Assembly: GCA_900552915.1 (NCBI GenBank)
Contig: USBS01000001.1
Location: forward strand, 1-60,948
Length of the DNA: 60,948 nucleotides
Direction: 5' to 3'
Source: an uncultured Sutterella sp.
GTDB lineage: Bacteria > Pseudomonadota > Gammaproteobacteria > Burkholderiales > Burkholderiaceae_F
Shown: piece by piece, positions 60,156 to 60,948 of the stretch
How positions within the stretch are numbered: position 1 is the stretch's first letter
Layout of the letters: the number at the start of each line of letters is the position of its first letter
Translations under genes and position numbers: made by a program
Notes under the pieces: model-generated
Told to the model about the DNA's origin: nothing
The model's database searches: none
What the model saw: the letters and a program-made list of their open reading frames with translations, nothing else

Positions 60156-60948
60156 TAGGCTACCGTCACCTTCGCCCAGCGGCGCTTGCCGACCTGAAGC
60201 GTGTATTGACCGGGCTTGAGCTTGAGTCCTCGGTCGGAAATCTTGTCGCCGTCAACGCGAACGCCGCCCTGCTCAATGTTGCGGTTGGCTTCACCCGTGC
60301 TCGGGCAAAGACCGGCCTCCTTGATAAGGCGAGCGATGCCGATTTCGCCGTCGGGAGCAGCCACCGTCACTTCCGGGATATCCGAAGGCATGGCGCCCGC
60401 GCGGAAGCGGTTGTTGAATTCGGCCTCCGCCGCATCGGCCGCCTTAGCGTCGTGGAAGCGCTCCACAATTTCCTTGGCAAGCAGCACCTTGGCGTCGCGC
60501 GGATTGCGGCCGTTGTCGCACTCACTCTTCAGCTGCGCGATTTCGACATTGCTCTTGAGGCTCAAAAGGTTGTACCAATCCCACATGAGCGTATCGGAGA
60601 TGCTCATCACCTTGCCGAACATTTCGTCAGCGCTTTCCGTGATGCCGATGTAGTTGTGCTTGGACTTGCTCATCTTGTTGACACCGTCCAGGCCCACCAA
60701 GAGCGGCATCGTGAGAATGCACTGCGGCTCCTGTCCGTACTGACGCTGCAGTTCGCGACCGACAAGCAAATTGAAACGCTGATCCGTGCCGCCGAGCTCC
60801 AGATCGGACTTGAGGGCCACCGAGTCATAGCCCTGCATCAAGGGATAGATCAGTTCGTGCACGGCAATCGGCAGCTGTTCGGAGAAACGCTTGGCAAAAT
60901 CGTCGCGCTCAAGAAGACGAGCAACCGTGTAACGGCTTGCAAGCTGAA
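60155..60948 (-). CDS. tyrS: Tyrosyl-tRNA synthetase, 3' part (N-terminus beyond the window)
   Basis: [22 protein letters not shown]-terminal S4 domain ending QVGKRRW. Confidence 0.95.
   Translation of the reverse strand, partial: QLASRYTVARLLERDDFAKRFSEQLPIAVHELIYPLMQGYDSVALKSDLELGGTDQRFNLLVGRELQRQYGQEPQCILTMPLLVGLDGVNKMSKSKHNYIGITESADEMFGKVMSISDTLMWDWYNLLSLKSNVEIAQLKSECDNGRNPRDAKVLLAKEIVERFHDAKAADAAEAEFNNRFRAGAMPSDIPEVTVAAPDGEIGIARLIKEAGLCPSTGEANRNIEQGGVRVDGDKISDRGLKLKPGQYTLQVGKRRWAKVTVA

Noticed and set aside
59715..60948. tyrS-dtd overlap as a novel proofreading system
   Set aside because: Sensible functional link, but a familiar gene pair in Burkholderiales

Overview
Bacterial chromosomal window of roughly 55-60% GC. 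Gene content and order (argJ-secA-dciA-lpxC-ftsZ, uvrA-MFS-ssb, trpC-ung) point to Burkholderiales, most likely an anaerobic gut Sutterellaceae (inference, not a database result). Housekeeping genes: coaE, yacG, mutT, argJ, secA, lpxC, ftsZ, ung, trpC, pepN, fbp, uvrA, ssb, ahpC, an EF-G paralog, dtd and partial tyrS, plus five tRNAs. An oversized IS3-family element lies behind the tRNA cluster. Other modules: modABC/modE; a scattered anaerobic-respiration set (orphan NapC/NirT cytochrome, DASS transporter and orphan Wolinella-type FrdC, each behind an FNR box, plus ttdAB); a MacAB-OMF efflux system with a CpxRA-like two-component pair; an AraC-linked exported redox cluster with a Tat flavoprotein; an ABC importer with a phosphodiesterase; and a DUF3100/M20 amidohydrolase operon. 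Best candidates for undescribed biology: (1) a ~230-nt highly structured, possibly switchable leader upstream of the DUF3100 operon; (2) the AraC-linked periplasmic flavoenzyme cluster with a non-canonical active site; (3) the multi-hairpin non-coding right end of the IS3 element; (4) orphan FNR-linked electron-transfer subunits and a symmetric 61-bp operator; (5) a tRNA-His with two acceptor-stem mismatches. All calls come from reading motifs; no searches were run.
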